From the human T2T-CHM13v2.0 reference genome, Homo sapiens: a DNA stretch of 64,000 nucleotides. The stretch is taken from the NCBI RefSeq assembly GCF_009914755.1, contig NC_060925.1; one strand, written 5' to 3'. Both the position numbers and the translations under genes were made by a program. Of this stretch, positions 13,231 through 26,995 are shown one piece after another. The notes beneath the pieces are model-generated. The model saw nothing but the letters and a program-made list of their open reading frames with translations. It searched no databases and was not told the origin of the DNA. The stretch's first letter is position 1. Every line of letters starts with the position of its first letter.

Positions 13231-16217
13231 GCATATGACTTTTAAAGGAGTACCTGATACCATCCTCCTCCCAGTGTCTCTGAAACATTAAATTTGTCAA
13301 TTTATAATTTTTATTGCTCTTTAGGTTACAGATTTAAAATCAGAAAAGTATTCACCTGAATTTTGTTTTCTATATTATTTATATGTATCTCTTCAATTAA
13401 TTTCAAATACATATTTTGAATAAGAATCTAGCTTTTAAAAAAATAGCAAGATAAATTTTCTTTATCGTCAGTTTTCGTATTTACTCCAGAGACCATGTGT
13501 GAGTTCATCAGAGCCACTACTTTTGTCCTAAGGAGAATGTCTTGATATCCTCTCAGGACTAGTGGAAATGCAAAGTATGGAAATCATTCCACTGATACTT
13601 CTTAGGCAAATAGAACAAGGCAGTGAACCTCTGGCATGGCCCTGAAGCTATTTGAGAAGATCTCTGGAGATCTTAATGTAGTCCTTAATATAGTCCTTAG
13701 AAGATAATTTTTTTCCACAAATAGATTTTGCATATTAGAATGGTGTTCAATATAGCACATATTCAGTTCATACAAATGCCAACATTTATATGAAATAGTG
13801 TGTGCCCTTTTGAAGCATGATTTTGTTCTGATGAGAGAGAAGGTAGAACATGACAGCTGTTCACTGCTTGTAGTGTCTTTTATTCTTCTGGAGGTTGGTG
13901 CAGGTTTTCCATGAAGTCTCAAATATCTTTGAATGGCCAGAAGGGCAGCAAATTTCTGCAGTATGGGAGTTGGTGGCTTGCTGAATTCTGAAATGATTAT
14001 AAATGATATTACCTGCTTTTGGGTTTTCCTTGTTGATACCCTATACCTGACCCTTTCGTAAAATTAGCCCTACAGCAGAACAGAATTATTATTTGGGCTA
14101 AAAATCATTGGCATTTTGAGTTTTGTGAATGACAGGGTAATTTTTAGCTTTCTTTATATTGGATACCACAAGTCTATCACCACATTTGCTGTAGTTAATT
14201 GTAACATTCCTGGTATTGATGAAGAAGTCTGCTCACCATCATTTGAAGTGTTTCTTGGATGGTGTGGTGTCTGAAATGTTCAAAAAATCTGCCTTGCCTC
14301 TTTAAGAAGCAAGGTGGTCAAATGAAGGATTAATTGAGGCTTACCCACTCCCTCTGAGAAGGAAGAGAGCTGGAGATGAGCCACTCTTTTTTTGGTGTCC
14401 CCTTAGGACCGTTTAGACCTTTTTGGGCTCTGAGCTGCACTGGAAACAGAAGTTAAGGAGAGAGGTGCACATTTGATCCTGGAAGTAAGACCCAGATGGT
14501 AATGGGAAGTTAATTAGCATCTGTATTCAGTCTTGCAGTTTAGAACCAGCTAAAACACATGCATGTTCTCTGTCCACCAGGAAAGAAAGATGAAGCCATT
14601 ATGGATGTATTTTTAAACACAGAGGTGATAACTCAGAGGCAAAAATACTTGCTTTGTTATGTAGGATTTTAAACTTTGTATTTTGTAAGTGTAACATAAA
14701 GGTTGATTTCTGTTTAAACAGTTTTTAATAGTGATATAAAAAGTGAATGACCTTATTAAAACACTGCTTCCACCTGAGGTGAGTCTAAAGTGTGTGTCTT
14801 TGTGGCCCTAATTAGGCATTGTCGATCATCTTTTAGTGGCATCCAGAGGTGAGAAATGACACCTGGGAGGAGTCCCCAGGTATCTTTTATCCCTGCCTGA
14901 TGAAAACTCATCTCCTTTGAAGTGACTGCAGTATCAGTTTCTTTTAAACTTTTCTTTGATTCCACCAGAAAGAAGCTAAGGATCTGTGTGGTGTTCTTGT
15001 ACTAAAGTGTTTTAAATAAAAAGTGAAGAACATGTAAGTGAAGAGACCCGGGTAACCAAAATAGGCCCCAAAGAGGCAATTAATGAAAATTCAGGCAGGG
15101 TGCTGGAGAGAAGTCCACTGGCTCCCATGGGGCTGGGTCCCCCCTTCCATCGTTGCTCCTGCACCCAGTCATTTTCCAAATTGCACTGGCTTTGTCTTCT
15201 TAACATCTCTCACATCCACCCCTTCCTTTCTGTTTCTGGAGGAAAAGAATAAGACGCACCGTTGTCTGTGAACTGGGCTTCTTATCTCACAGAGCTGTGA
15301 TGAAGTTTAATAGTATATGCTAATCACTCAGCCCTGTGCCTGGAAATGATGGAAACTCAAGGCTAGTTTTATCTCCTTGCCCGCCACCCCCCAATCCCAC
15401 TATACCTCTGGAATCAGAGTAACAGGATTCGAATCCTGGCACGCTCTCTTTCTACCCATAACTTTAGATAACTCATGAAACCTTTCTAAGACCTTGACTA
15501 CTTATCTGTAAATTGGAAATCACAATTTCTGGCTCAAGAAATTGCTTGCCAGGCTTGAATGGGATGAAGTGTGTCAAAAGTGTTTTAGGGGCCATAACAC
15601 TCCATGCAGATGTTAGTTATTACTCTGGTCGTCATTTTCTTTCCGACCAGGTTGTCCGAGCCTCTTCCCAGTCCCCTCACCTTTCATGGCTTTTCTTTGA
15701 CTTTGCTTATGGCCATCCATCAGTCTCACAGAAACCCAGCCCTGGTGCTTCCCCTCCCTCCTCAGAACCAGACTTTATACAACCCCGTGTCCTGGGCCCA
15801 CCACAGTGGGTCTTCAGGCTACCTTTCCATCTCATCTCACCATTATTCCCCTTGTGCCACTGCCACTTGGGACCAAATGCTGTTTTTTGCCCCTACCTCA
15901 CCATCTCCTAGCATCTTTGTTCCCTATACCAGAAGTGCCTGAGCTTCTCCCATTAGTGCATATCCAAATCCCACCCATCTCAGTCCATCTCAGATGCTGC
16001 CTTCTCTGTGCTGCCTTCCTCTCTCTACCTCGATAACACTGCCTCCCAAGCCTCCTGGATCCTGGGAATCTTCCTGGATGCTTTAGATCCCCAAGCTCTA
16101 CTTCTGGGGATTGGGCTAAGTGGATTTGGGTAGAGTCCAGGAATCAGTATAATTGTGAATCACTCCCAGTGACTCTGATGCTCAGGGGACTTTGGGACCC
16201 CTGCTTTAAATATAGCT

Positions 16218-16260
16218 TGTGTGTGTGTGTGTGTGCGCGCGCACACGTGCGCATGTGTGT
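16218..16260. repeat. 43-bp perfect alternating purine/pyrimidine tract (TG)n(CG)n…
   Basis: tgtgtgtgtgtgtgtgtgcgcgcgcacacgtgcgcatgtgtgt. Confidence 0.9.
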
Positions 16261-16409
16261 TGCAGCCCCCTCCCAGGTAGTGAGCAGGGTCTGACTCATC
16301 TGGATCTTCTGCGTAGTACCCCACAACGTCTAATGTCTAGAGGGCTCCTAAACATGTTTAGATAAACTTTATTTTCAAAAATGTAAAAGGACTTAGTAAC
16401 CGTCTAATT

Positions 16410-17330
16410 TTCTTTTCATTTAACCCATTTATTTTATACCAAATTAAGTGCCCTAAGTACTATTCTAGGTGCCAGGATCAAAGCAGTAACAAGATAGACA
16501 ATGTCCCTGCCCTCTCTTAGCTCACATCCCAGTGAGTAAATGAGAAAACAAGTAAGCAGTGTGTGATGACATGCGTGAGCATGGAGGACATTAGCTAAAT
16601 GAAATCAGATGCTCACAGAAGAACGAGAACTGCATGAATCCACTTTTATGAGGTATCTAAAATAAACTCATGGAAGCAAAAACAAAAATGGAATGATGGT
16701 TGCCAGGGGGTGGGGGAAGGGAGAGTTGTTAATCGGGTATAAAGTTTCAGGTAGGCAAGATGCATAAGCTCTGGAGATCCACTGTACAGCGTGTGCCTGT
16801 AGTTATCAGTACTGTATGGTGTACTTAAAAACCTGTTAACAGGTTAGATCTCACATTAAGTGTTTCTACAATAAAATTTTTTTAAATGGAAGAACAAAAA
16901 GAACCCAAGTAAGCAAGCACTGTCATTCCCTTGATGTGATGGAGGGTGCAGGTGTGAGTGCCGTGTTTGAAGGGCTGGGCAGGAAGGCCCTTTTTAAGGC
17001 AGCGGGCAACACAGAGATGAGTGAGGAGGAAGGAGTCACCAGGGAAAGGGCGAGGGCTGGACTGTTCAAGCCAGAGGGAAGTGCAAGCCCCCGCCCCTGA
17101 GTTGCAAAGGAACATGCTTGAGGAACAGAAGGGGAGCCTGGGGCTGGCCAGTAGAGGAGCAAGGAGTCCCTCCCTGAGGCTGGAGGAAGAGGGAACAGCC
17201 AGACTGTGATGAAGATTGGGCTCCATTTTGAATGTGATAGGAGCACTTGAAGGGTTTTAAGTAGGGGAGTGACAGGATCTGATTTACATTTTCAAAAGTC
17301 ACTCTGACAGACTTAGGTGGGAATCTAGAG
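16410..17330 (+). mobile_element. L2 fragments
   Basis: tactattctaggtgccagg…gtccctgccctc; gaagggttttaagtaggggagtgacaggatctgatttacattttcaaaag…actctg. Confidence 0.65.
16575..16875 (+). mobile_element. L1MA/MB 3' end inserted in an L2
   Basis: catggaggacattagctaaatgaaat…gaatgatggttgccaggggg…gggtataaagtttcag…gatctcacattaagtgtt. Confidence 0.75.
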
Positions 17331-18649
17331 AAATTGGGATTTTTGAACCTCAACCATGACTGTGCTTCTGCACCATGAACTGGAGCCTGCAGGTCCAGGT
17401 CTGTCCTGCTACTCGGGGGTTTCTCAAACAGACAGCTGTTGTAAAAGCTTCTCTGTGTTGAGCAACAATAGACCTAAAATACCTCTTAATTTCTTTCTGC
17501 TTGCCTGGTGTGTTCTAAAATATGTAATTATGCATGTGAACATTAACTTGGAGGCAGTTAAGTGAGGGTGGGTTGTGGCAGTAGGCTCTCTCCAGAAGCA
17601 TGGGCAGCTGAGTGGAGTTGGGGTCAGGGCTAGGAAATGTACTTGGGATAGAGGTTTGCAGTTTTCCCAGGGTGACAAGTACCCATCTTGTCTTCTGGCC
17701 ACTCAGCAAACCAGGGCTTTGGCTCCTTCACTGGTTCATCTCTCTTGCTTGGCCATTAGTTAGTGAGGTCTCTGAAGGCCTAGTTCTTAGCCCTCAGCAC
17801 CCTTGCGTTGATGCCCATTCCCCTTGGATGTCAGCCCCTCTTAGGACACAGAGACCCTCTAAATCCACAAGGCTGGCTCATTCTCTGGGGCTGCCAGTGA
17901 AATCTGTCACATAATGTGTTGGTGAGTCCTCCCATTTCTTGTCAAAAATTAAATCCCCTTCCAGGCTTTCCCCATCACAGTCATGTCAATGTCCAAGACA
18001 ACATTCCTCATCCTCCAGATGCAAACACTTGGGGTGCTTTGGAGTCCTTTGCTTATGTTCACAGAATGTTAGAATGGAAGGGCCTTGACGATTATGTTCC
18101 ACATTTCACTAATATTTCATTTTTAGAAGATTTCTCAGATTCACTCCTCACCCTGATCTTGCTGTTACCACTTTTGAGGAAAAACTTGTTAGAATTATTT
18201 GTCTTCCTAGCTGTGCTATATTTGAATTTATTAATGAGACAATCCAGATTTAAAAAGAAAAAACTAAGAGAAACTCTCAATACTTGAGAATTGAGATGCA
18301 TAATTTAGTTCCCACCATATATAGCTTTATCAATACAGATGTTCCTGTGAATAAATGTATCTTTTAAAAAAAATTAAAAAGAGCCCCTGGTGACTTACTC
18401 AGGATATTTGCAATGTAGAGACATAGTTTTAAATGTAAAAAGCTCTGAGTCAGCGATGTTGCTTAGAAAGATGGGCTGTGAGATCCATGGTCTTAGGCCA
18501 CTGCAGATGGGTTATTTACTTGACAGGCCATTTGTTAAGTGTTGTCGCTGCCTTCTTTTGAATTCTTTTCCTAATGCGTGCGCGATCTTTCTGCCTTATG
18601 CGGTTGCTGCATCTGGTAGAAGCCATAAATGTTTTTTTCTTCCTTGCAG

Positions 18650-19010
18650 GAAGAGTCTCAGATCCCTCGTGCCTGAGATTAGATTCCAAAGAAAATGGGA
18701 GGTGGGAAGAGGTGGGACCTGGAATGCATTCTGGTGAGCGTGGTAGTGGTGACACCGAGCTTGGAGGGGCAGAGGTTCTGGGGTGGAGTCCTACGCGCAG
18801 CACTGGAGACGGGGAGCCCCTTTCCCTGAGTCCAGTGGCAGACATGGTTGAGTCCCCACTGGAGCAGTGGTGGTGTAATTTGTCAACAGTTCCTGACTGC
18901 AACACCTCTGAGCCTGGCTCTCAGGCCCTGTCAGAGATTGTGCAAACTGCCTAACCTTCCTTAATAAACTAACCAGAGTGGGTTCTGTTTTTTTTTTGCC
19001 ACTGAGATAA
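18650..19010 (+). mobile_element. MaLR (MLT1-like) LTR remnant; 5' boundary uncertain
   Basis: 3' end aataaa…agagtgggttctgttt…gccactgaga resembles MLT1 LTR terminus. Confidence 0.5.
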
Positions 19011-19469
19011 CTAATATACTTACCTGATGGACATTGGAGATACCTAGCTCAACAGGGGGAGCGCATGATCTTTAGTTAGCTTTGCCTATGAGCTGCGTCA
19101 GTTCCACAAACCAGAATTAAACAAAATTAGAGCTATTTTTGCATCAGTAACAGAAGCAGCCTGTGGAATGGAAAAGGCATTGGATCAGATGCAGAAGACC
19201 AACACTCTAGACTGCCGTACCTCTCTTGCTGCAGTGGTTTTGTGTGAGTCGCTTCTGTTTGGGCCTTAGTTTTCTTATTTGTGAGATGAGAGAATTATAC
19301 CAGATAAACTCTAAGGTCTCTTCCAATCTCAACAGCCTCTGCTAAGCAGCCTTGCTGTTTCTAATATTAGAGAGCAGCTTCTGTTGTCTAGATATGTGCC
19401 AGCCAATACAGTAGCTATTAATCACTCATGGCTATTTAAATTTAAACTACTGAAATTCCATAAAACTAC

Positions 19470-19780
19470 TGTGATGTGATATAATATGAAATATATATTT
19501 GGTCTCTGCCTCCCAGTTTCCAGCACAGAGCTCCTAAAACACTTAGATGGGGACACTAGGATAATATTTTGTCCTGATACTTGATCTTTGACCCCAGTTC
19601 CTGATGCAGAGTTCTTAAATCCCTCGGAATTTCCTGAGTGATCAGAGGATCTTTTGTTCTAATGAGACAACTCTTGGTGGGCTTTTGGATAGCATCAGGG
19701 TGGGGGCTGGGTGCCAGGGTAACCAACCATTTGATAAGAGGATTGGAACTTTTAGCCCCACCCTTATCACCACCTTCCAA
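19470..19780 (+). mobile_element. Truncated MER21-type LTR
   Basis: tgtgat…atgaaatatatatttggtctctgcctcccagtttcc…agagctcctaaaac; similar to element at 60381. Confidence 0.75.
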
Positions 19781-19919
19781 GAATGAAGAGGCTCCTTCAT
19801 TCTCTTCTTTCCTTTAGTGCATGTGTCTAGGCTGGCTCAGCACCCAGCTCAGACTCCCCTGGAAGCGTCAGGTGCTCCCTTGCAGCATGCTGTGTGGTCT
19901 CTCGTGGTTTTTCAGCTCA

Positions 19920-20130
19920 GGCTCCCATGGCTGATTGCCTGGGTTTGTGTGCTGGATGCATTACTCTTGACCATGTGACCAGCTTAACAGCTTCATGCTT
20001 CACTTTCCTTATCTGTAAAATGAAGATTAATAGTAATACCTATTTCACAGGAGGTTTTCGAGGACCAAATAACATAGTACACTTACAGTGCTTAGGATAG
20101 TGCTCAGCAGTAATACAATGGCTGTTAGCC
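19920..20130 (+). mobile_element. MIR
   Basis: ttccttatctgtaaaatgaagattaatagtaatacctatttcacagg…gtgcttagga. Confidence 0.75.
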
Positions 20131-21307
20131 ATCACCATTATCAGCATCATAAATTTCCTGGCTATCTTGTCATTCTTTGGGATCTTAGCAGACTGAGTGG
20201 CAACACCTTTAAAAAAATAAATAAATAAGGGAAATGAGTGATTCTGCTTTTGCTTAAGGTTTGGCGATTCACAAGCTCCCTGAGGGCCAGAATCGTGGGG
20301 CTTGCTTTCTACTGCAATTTCCTTTGAGCACGTGACAGAGGATGGTGCGCCAACAGGGTGGCCCTAATGAGTGGAGTTGCCATAGGCCAAACCCAGGCCA
20401 TCTCTAGTGTGTACTAGCCATGTGACTTTATTAGCAAATATTTAATAGCACTGCTTCAGTTTCCCCATCTGTGAAATGGAGACATTGTCACCTTTGAGAG
20501 AAAAGTCAGATACTTTGAAACTCTGAGTTATGTCAAGCAAATAAATAAACAAATGGGTGAAGTCAATCACTCTAAACGCATGAACCCATTCATTTGTACA
20601 TCAGATGATTTTTAGCATCTACCATGGGCAAGAAACCCTACTTGTTCTTGGAACACAGCAGTGAGCAAAAAGATATGCAATTCCTACCGTCTGGGAGCTT
20701 ATTATGCTTTAGGAGCAGAGAGGTGTTCATCAGGTGATCATATGCATATCTGCCTAAGTATAACAACCAGTAATGCCGAGAGAGAGAGACACATGGTCCT
20801 ACAAGTGTGTGTCACAATGCACCAGACCCAGGGGTGGTGCAGGGGCTGGTCATGGGGAAGGTTCTCCCAAGATCTTTGGGGTGGAAGGTGGAGGGAAAAG
20901 CATATCAAACCCCTGTGGTAGAAGGAGCAGGGTGCATCATAGGAGGAAAAAGAGAAAGAAGGTTCTTGTGTTCCGGGCGCTAAGAGTGATGGGCACAGTG
21001 AGGCTGGTAGATTGTCCATGGCTGGGCCATGTAAGGCCTTGAATGCCATTTTAAAGATCAAAGTCAGTTTTAGGTGCTAAGCAATAGCCTGGAAATGAAT
21101 GACTAAGGAGTTTCCTGGGGAAATGTAACAGTAGCTAAAAATTATGTATACAAATGTATCCTAGCATGTCTAAAGTTCTCATTCAGATGATGTAATTAAC
21201 ATATTGAAGGGAGAAACTTTCACTAGCAAATGCATAGTATAGCCTATTAATTAATATGCTAAAGTGGAAGGATCTGTTGTGAGGAATATTATCACTAATC
21301 TGTTACC

Positions 21308-21457
21308 AATCATAATACCAATGTTTGCAATGATTGGTAATTTTTATATTAATTAGGGTAGATTTGTTTGCATTCAGATACCCTTTCCTGAAAGAGAAAA
21401 ATGTGATAGTACCATCAGGGATCTGGAAATCGGGCATACCCTGCCGTCTGTAGAAAT
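21308..21457 (+). repeat. Copy A of old ~150-bp local direct repeat (partner 23020-23176)
   Basis: taataccaatgtttgcaat…ttaattag…tttgcattcaRataccYtttcctgaa.gagaaaaatg…cagggaYYtggaaatcRggcata shared; roughly 75-80% identical by eye. Confidence 0.85.
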
Positions 21458-21623
21458 CTGTGATGCACCTATGTCCTGGTTTATCAGCAAGTCAAAATCC
21501 CCACGTGCTCATACGAATTATTACCCCCTGGGATACCATCCATTGATAAGTGCAGCCTTGGAACCTTGGGGATAGTTTCAAATGTTGATCAACATATAAG
21601 ATCAAATTTTGTTAGAAAATGGG

Positions 21624-22059
<436 letters not shown>

Positions 22060-22199
22060 TTATTGTGACTTGTGTAAAATTTAATCCCTACTCTAGCTAT
22101 GTGGTACCTTTTGAACATTCTTCTGGCTTTTAGGGAATTTCTAGCCTTACGTACTCTGCCTCCTCAAAGTACAAGTCAAAAAGTCACTCTCTGGGCCTC

Positions 22200-22565
22200 C
22201 CTTGCAGCTACTACCCCAGTGTATCCCAGGCCCAGCTTCTCAGGGACATCAAAGGGGTAACTGGGATTCAGAAGAGCATCGTGGGAATGACAGGGCCTCC
22301 CACAGAACTGTTTCCAGCAAGGATGGCAGAGAGACATGCAGCTTTCCCTGCAGCATAAACAGGGTTCTGCACCACAGGCGTCTGCTGTACATGCCACAGT
22401 GCTGCCAGCGGTGTCACCAGAAGCGGAGTGAACTGGAGGGGCCTCAGGGAGCAATGGTCTCCCAGCCTGATTTGCTGGCCCACTCAGGTATTCTGTGAGT
22501 ACATGTCCTTTAATAAATTCCTTTTCTGCTTAGTTAGAGTCTGTTGTTTGCAACTAAAAACTAAG
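22200..22565 (+). mobile_element. MLT1-type MaLR LTR
   Basis: ctgtgagtacatgtcctttaataaattccttttctgcttagttagagtctgttgtttgcaactaaaa typical MLT1 3' end. Confidence 0.65.
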
Positions 22566-23019
22566 TTATGTATCAGACTGTATAAATAAGCATGGTAAAG
22601 GCAGTAATTCATTCTGTTCTCACAGCGACTCGGTGTTGAAGAGGGACCACGTGAGTCTTGAGGTAACTGGATAAAGTTTAATCCTTTGGTTGTGCTGCCA
22701 GTTCAAATGTTTCTGCTATGATGCAGGGTATACAAACTTGGAAAAGCTCAGGTTATGTAAAATTGCACACAAAAATCATAGGATTTATGGGAAAAATAGA
22801 GTTGAGTAAATCACTCAAAACCTATGCAACTTTGTCCAGAGCACCAAGAAAAACAGTAACCGTCCCAATAAGGATCTTAGCACATTTGAAATGTCATGTT
22901 GAATTCCTAGGAAATACATATTCTAGTAAATACATATCAGCCTTTACCTTAAAAGGTGAGGGTAACATGAGTAAAGGGGTATAAACAAGGGTTGGGGCTG
23001 TCAGGGCTCATTTGCTATG

Positions 23020-23176
23020 AATCATAATATTAATACCAATGTTTGCAATAATGTGCATATTTGCATTAATTAGAGGAGATTCATTTGCATTCAAATACCC
23101 TTTCCTGAATGAGAAAAATGGGTGACAGTACCGGCAGGGACTTGGAAATCAGGCATAACCTGCAGCCTGTGGGAAT
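23020..23176 (+). repeat. Copy B of old ~150-bp local direct repeat (partner 21308-21457)
   Basis: As for copy A; carries two perfect ATTTGCAT octamers. Confidence 0.85.
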
Positions 23177-23565
23177 GAGGAGTACTGAATAAGGAGTTAT
23201 TAACGGAGCAACGTGTTCTGGAGACAAAGGCCGGGAGAGATGGAGAAAAGCATTTGCAGACTTTGCACGGACTTGAGTGATGTCTGAGATAGATGGCTCT
23301 GGATCCTTGTTCTGGGTTGTTCTTTTACACAAGAGCCTAGGAGAACTGGGTGGGCCCTATGTGCTTCTAAGACAGCATGTTGACCGAACTAAGCCAATAG
23401 GAAAAAGAGGCAGGATTAATGGGTATCTGGTACAATAATCTAGTCAATTCTTTTAGTGAATTCTCTGTTCAGATGCTCAAAGTATTGACAGGCTAAGAAA
23501 AAAAAAATGCATATAAACAGTCACAATTTCTGTTTTATAAGGATATTATTTTCCTGTTTACCAAT

Positions 23566-23896
23566 TAGTCATATCAATTAACAACAAGGATACATTCTGA
23601 GAAATGCATTGTTAGGCAATTTCATCATTGTGCAACATCGTAGAGTGTACTTCCACATACCTATATGGTATAGCCTACTGCACACATAGGCTTTATGGTG
23701 GAGCCTCTTGCTCCTAGACTACAAACCTGTGTACTGTGTTACTGTACTGAATACTACAGGCAGTTGTAATATGATGTAGGTACTCATCTATCTAAACATA
23801 GAAGAGGTACAGTAAAAATACAGTATTATAATCTTATGAGACCACTATCATATATGCAGTCTGTTGTTGACTGAATCATTATGTAATGCATGACTG
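23566..23896. mobile_element. Tigger3a/MER7A-type DNA transposon
   Basis: Ends tagtcat…/…gcatgactg|ta; internal ttctgagaaatgcattgttaggcaatttcatcattgtg…gtacagtaaaaatacagtattataatcttatg. Confidence 0.8.
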
Positions 23897-26800
23897 TACA
23901 TATGAACTATGGTAATTAAAGTGTGAGTGTGTGTTATAGAACAGTCTGTATTTGAAAGTGCTGTGTAAACCTGAAAAGCTGGTGGACCTCTGGCCTGTAA
24001 ATAAAGGGACTGTGGGTTTCAGATAGTCTCTAACATTGTTGAAGAGGACGAGGAAGAAGAGGAACCCAGGCAGAGGACTGGAATCTCTTGTCAATACAGG
24101 CTGCAGAGAGGTGGAATAGCTTAACAGTTAGAAGTGTAAGTTGTGGAATTAAACCACCTGGGTTTGAATCCCTACTCTACTGCATACTAAGTCTGAGCCT
24201 CGGTTTTTTCATTTGTAAGTTGGAAATGATAAATTTGCTAATGTATGTAAAATACTTAGGACAGTTCCCTAAGTTGTTATCTCTTATCTGTCCATCAGTC
24301 CACAATACCATCTGTTTCAAGGCTAAGGAGAGAAAACCCATATGAAAATGCCTCTCACAGGGTCTAAAACTTAGTAGGCACTCAGTACATATTTGTGGAA
24401 TTTGAATCTGATAAGAAATATCGACATAACTGTAACTAACAGTGTTTCTTTTCCTGTCACCAAGTCTATGTGAAAAGGCTTGCTTAGTGGCAAGGGTGGG
24501 ATAATCTTTTTTGACAAGACAGATAGAAGAGCATTTTCTACACCAACAGGTGATGATTCCTGGGTACTTGCAAGCAACATGTGATCCCAGGGGGAAGGTC
24601 CGACCTTCAAAATGTATGTGGACTAGAAAGAAAGAGCAGCCTGGTTTCAGCTGTGAAAAGGCCATTTAAAATAAAAACACTTTAGAAGCTGAAAGCCCAT
24701 AGCATCTGTTTCTAATTGAAAGGTTATTTGCAGACAATGTGTTTTTCATAGAGTGACATTTATATGTGTTTATTAATATACTGAGTCTATTACAGTGAAA
24801 TCCATTTTGGAAATGGAAATAGATTTTTGAACATTTTAATCAATTTTTAAGCAAAATAATGAACTGGAAAACATTTAGCTGAGAAAGTGCATCTGATTAC
24901 ACAGGCCAATTTTTCAGTTGTAATAAAATGCAGATATGTATTGTTTCTCCCTGTGCTACTGAGAGGAGGTTCCTTATTTTATCTCTGGACTCGATAACAT
25001 TTTTCACTTTCATCTGATGCTTCAGAGGCCCAAGATTCCAGTCCTGGCTTTTCCATTTATTTCATGGCCTTAGGAAAGTCACTTCCCATTTCTGGACATC
25101 AGCTACTCATTGGTAAAAACACCTTATGATTTAAAAGGTCTCTTCTAGCCCTAAACTTATATAACTGTAGAATTCTGTGACTTGACTAAAGCAGGCAAAT
25201 TCCTATAAGCAACTGAGCAATCCAAGAACCATGACATTCTCCAGACCCCATATTGGAGTTTTAGATACTGGATTTTATGTTTCCGTCGGCACCATGTGCA
25301 GAGCTCCTACCATATGCAGGATACTCTTAAGGCCAGTGATGAGATAGAAAGGTAAGCAACTACCTGAGTTTTCTGTGGTCTTGTTGGAGAGGGAAAACAA
25401 ACATTTATGACATAATTAGAATGATTAAACCAGTTAGAAATGCCAGAGCACAAACCTTTGATAATTGTAGAATACGAAAGGAAGAAAGAGTCCTAGGGGG
25501 CAATGTGGAGAAAGGGACACATTCTTAAGGACAATATTTATAATGGAAAAATGAGGCTTGGGTTCATATTCTATTTACTGAGCCAAATCTGCACTACCTG
25601 TTTTCTTTCCATGTAGGTTTTCTGGAATATACCCTAGTTGAGTCTTGCTCTCTCACTAGATTTGTGAGCATCTTGGAAGCCTCTCCTTGTTTTTCGGTGT
25701 GAAATCCCTGTGGCATCTAGCATGGCACTTTGTTCAATATAAATGTCTTGAATGGTGGAACACCCCTGATCCTCACCTTCCAGCCCTATCATTGCTCACT
25801 GGCACCTGAATTTGGATATGGCCAGGAGTGATAAGTGGGTGAGATGGAGGTGAATGGCACAGAAAAGCTGGCTCGTTTGTTGGTAGCTCTGCTGTTTTAG
25901 AAGTACAGATGGCAGCTGGCTGCTTCAGAAGACAGCATCTTTGGGGACTGTCAACTCCAAGGGAAATGGGTATGCCTGAGAAAACTGCATCCCCAGATGC
26001 TGCTCTTGGGCTTATGTCTGGAGATGGTCTTTTCATGACTAAATATGTTTGTAATCACCTCTGAGACTCACAGACAACCTGCAGCTTTCTGTCTGTAAGA
26101 GCTTCTCCATCCTATCCTTGATGCATCTTGCTGGAACAGGCAGGAGAGTGGCAGCATTTGTATATGGTGCACCCACAGGTGTATTTTCAGAGGGAAAAAA
26201 TCAAGCTATGTCATCATTGCTTTAAATTGGGGATCTTTAAATGGGTTCTGTAGTCCTGCCAAGGAAGCTACTGGTTAAACTGAGATTTAGGGATTTCCAA
26301 TGATTTTGATCTTCCTGGCTTTCTCTCTAATAAAGAAATCAAAGATTGATAATTTAGTCTTACAAACTTTTAAAAGTTTCTGAGAAATCAATCCTGACTC
26401 CAAGAACAAAAAAGGCCCGGCTTGAATGAGTTTGTGCTGGCACCTGGCGGCTTGGTGATGCAGAATACTCACGGGTCCCCAAACTCACTGTGGAAGATGG
26501 CGTTAGGCAGGAGGCTGGAAGAGAACATGGATGGGGAGCCAGTGGGGGAAATGAGGAGTCTCAGGCTACTGTATAGAGTGGAAGGACATCTTTCCATACT
26601 GGCTAGCTGCCATGCACTGGGGTAATTGTACCTTCCCGCCCCCCACCGCCCCACCAAGTGTTCTCCTAGGTGCTGTTCTGGGCACTGCTGAGCAGGCACC
26701 TATGGTCTGTGAGGGGCATCCATTCTTTTCCTGGCTCTGATGGCTCACGTGGAGCCTGTCGAGTTTTCTTTTCAAACTTGATACTGTGTCACTGCACTGC

Positions 26801-26995
26801 TACCATGGTGGATTTGTACACTCCTGTTATATTTAACTTTGGCTACCTGAGGATGTGGGAGATGATTATTCACACTACACGGTGTAAAGATTTATACATA
26901 TTTTTTTCCATAGGGTTTTGTTACATTTTGTTTATTTCATTAATGCTTTTTTTTATATAACAATCCCACCCACGTCCTGTACATGTACAGAAATA

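Noticed and set aside
24177-24665. Longest ORF in the track (162 aa, - strand)
   Set aside because: Partly MIR-derived, no recognisable domain or splice context; length within chance expectation for 64 kb
25245-25351. Possible 107-nt exon ending in strong donor AAG|GTAAGC
   Set aside because: Short weak pyrimidine tract; frameshifting; no other support
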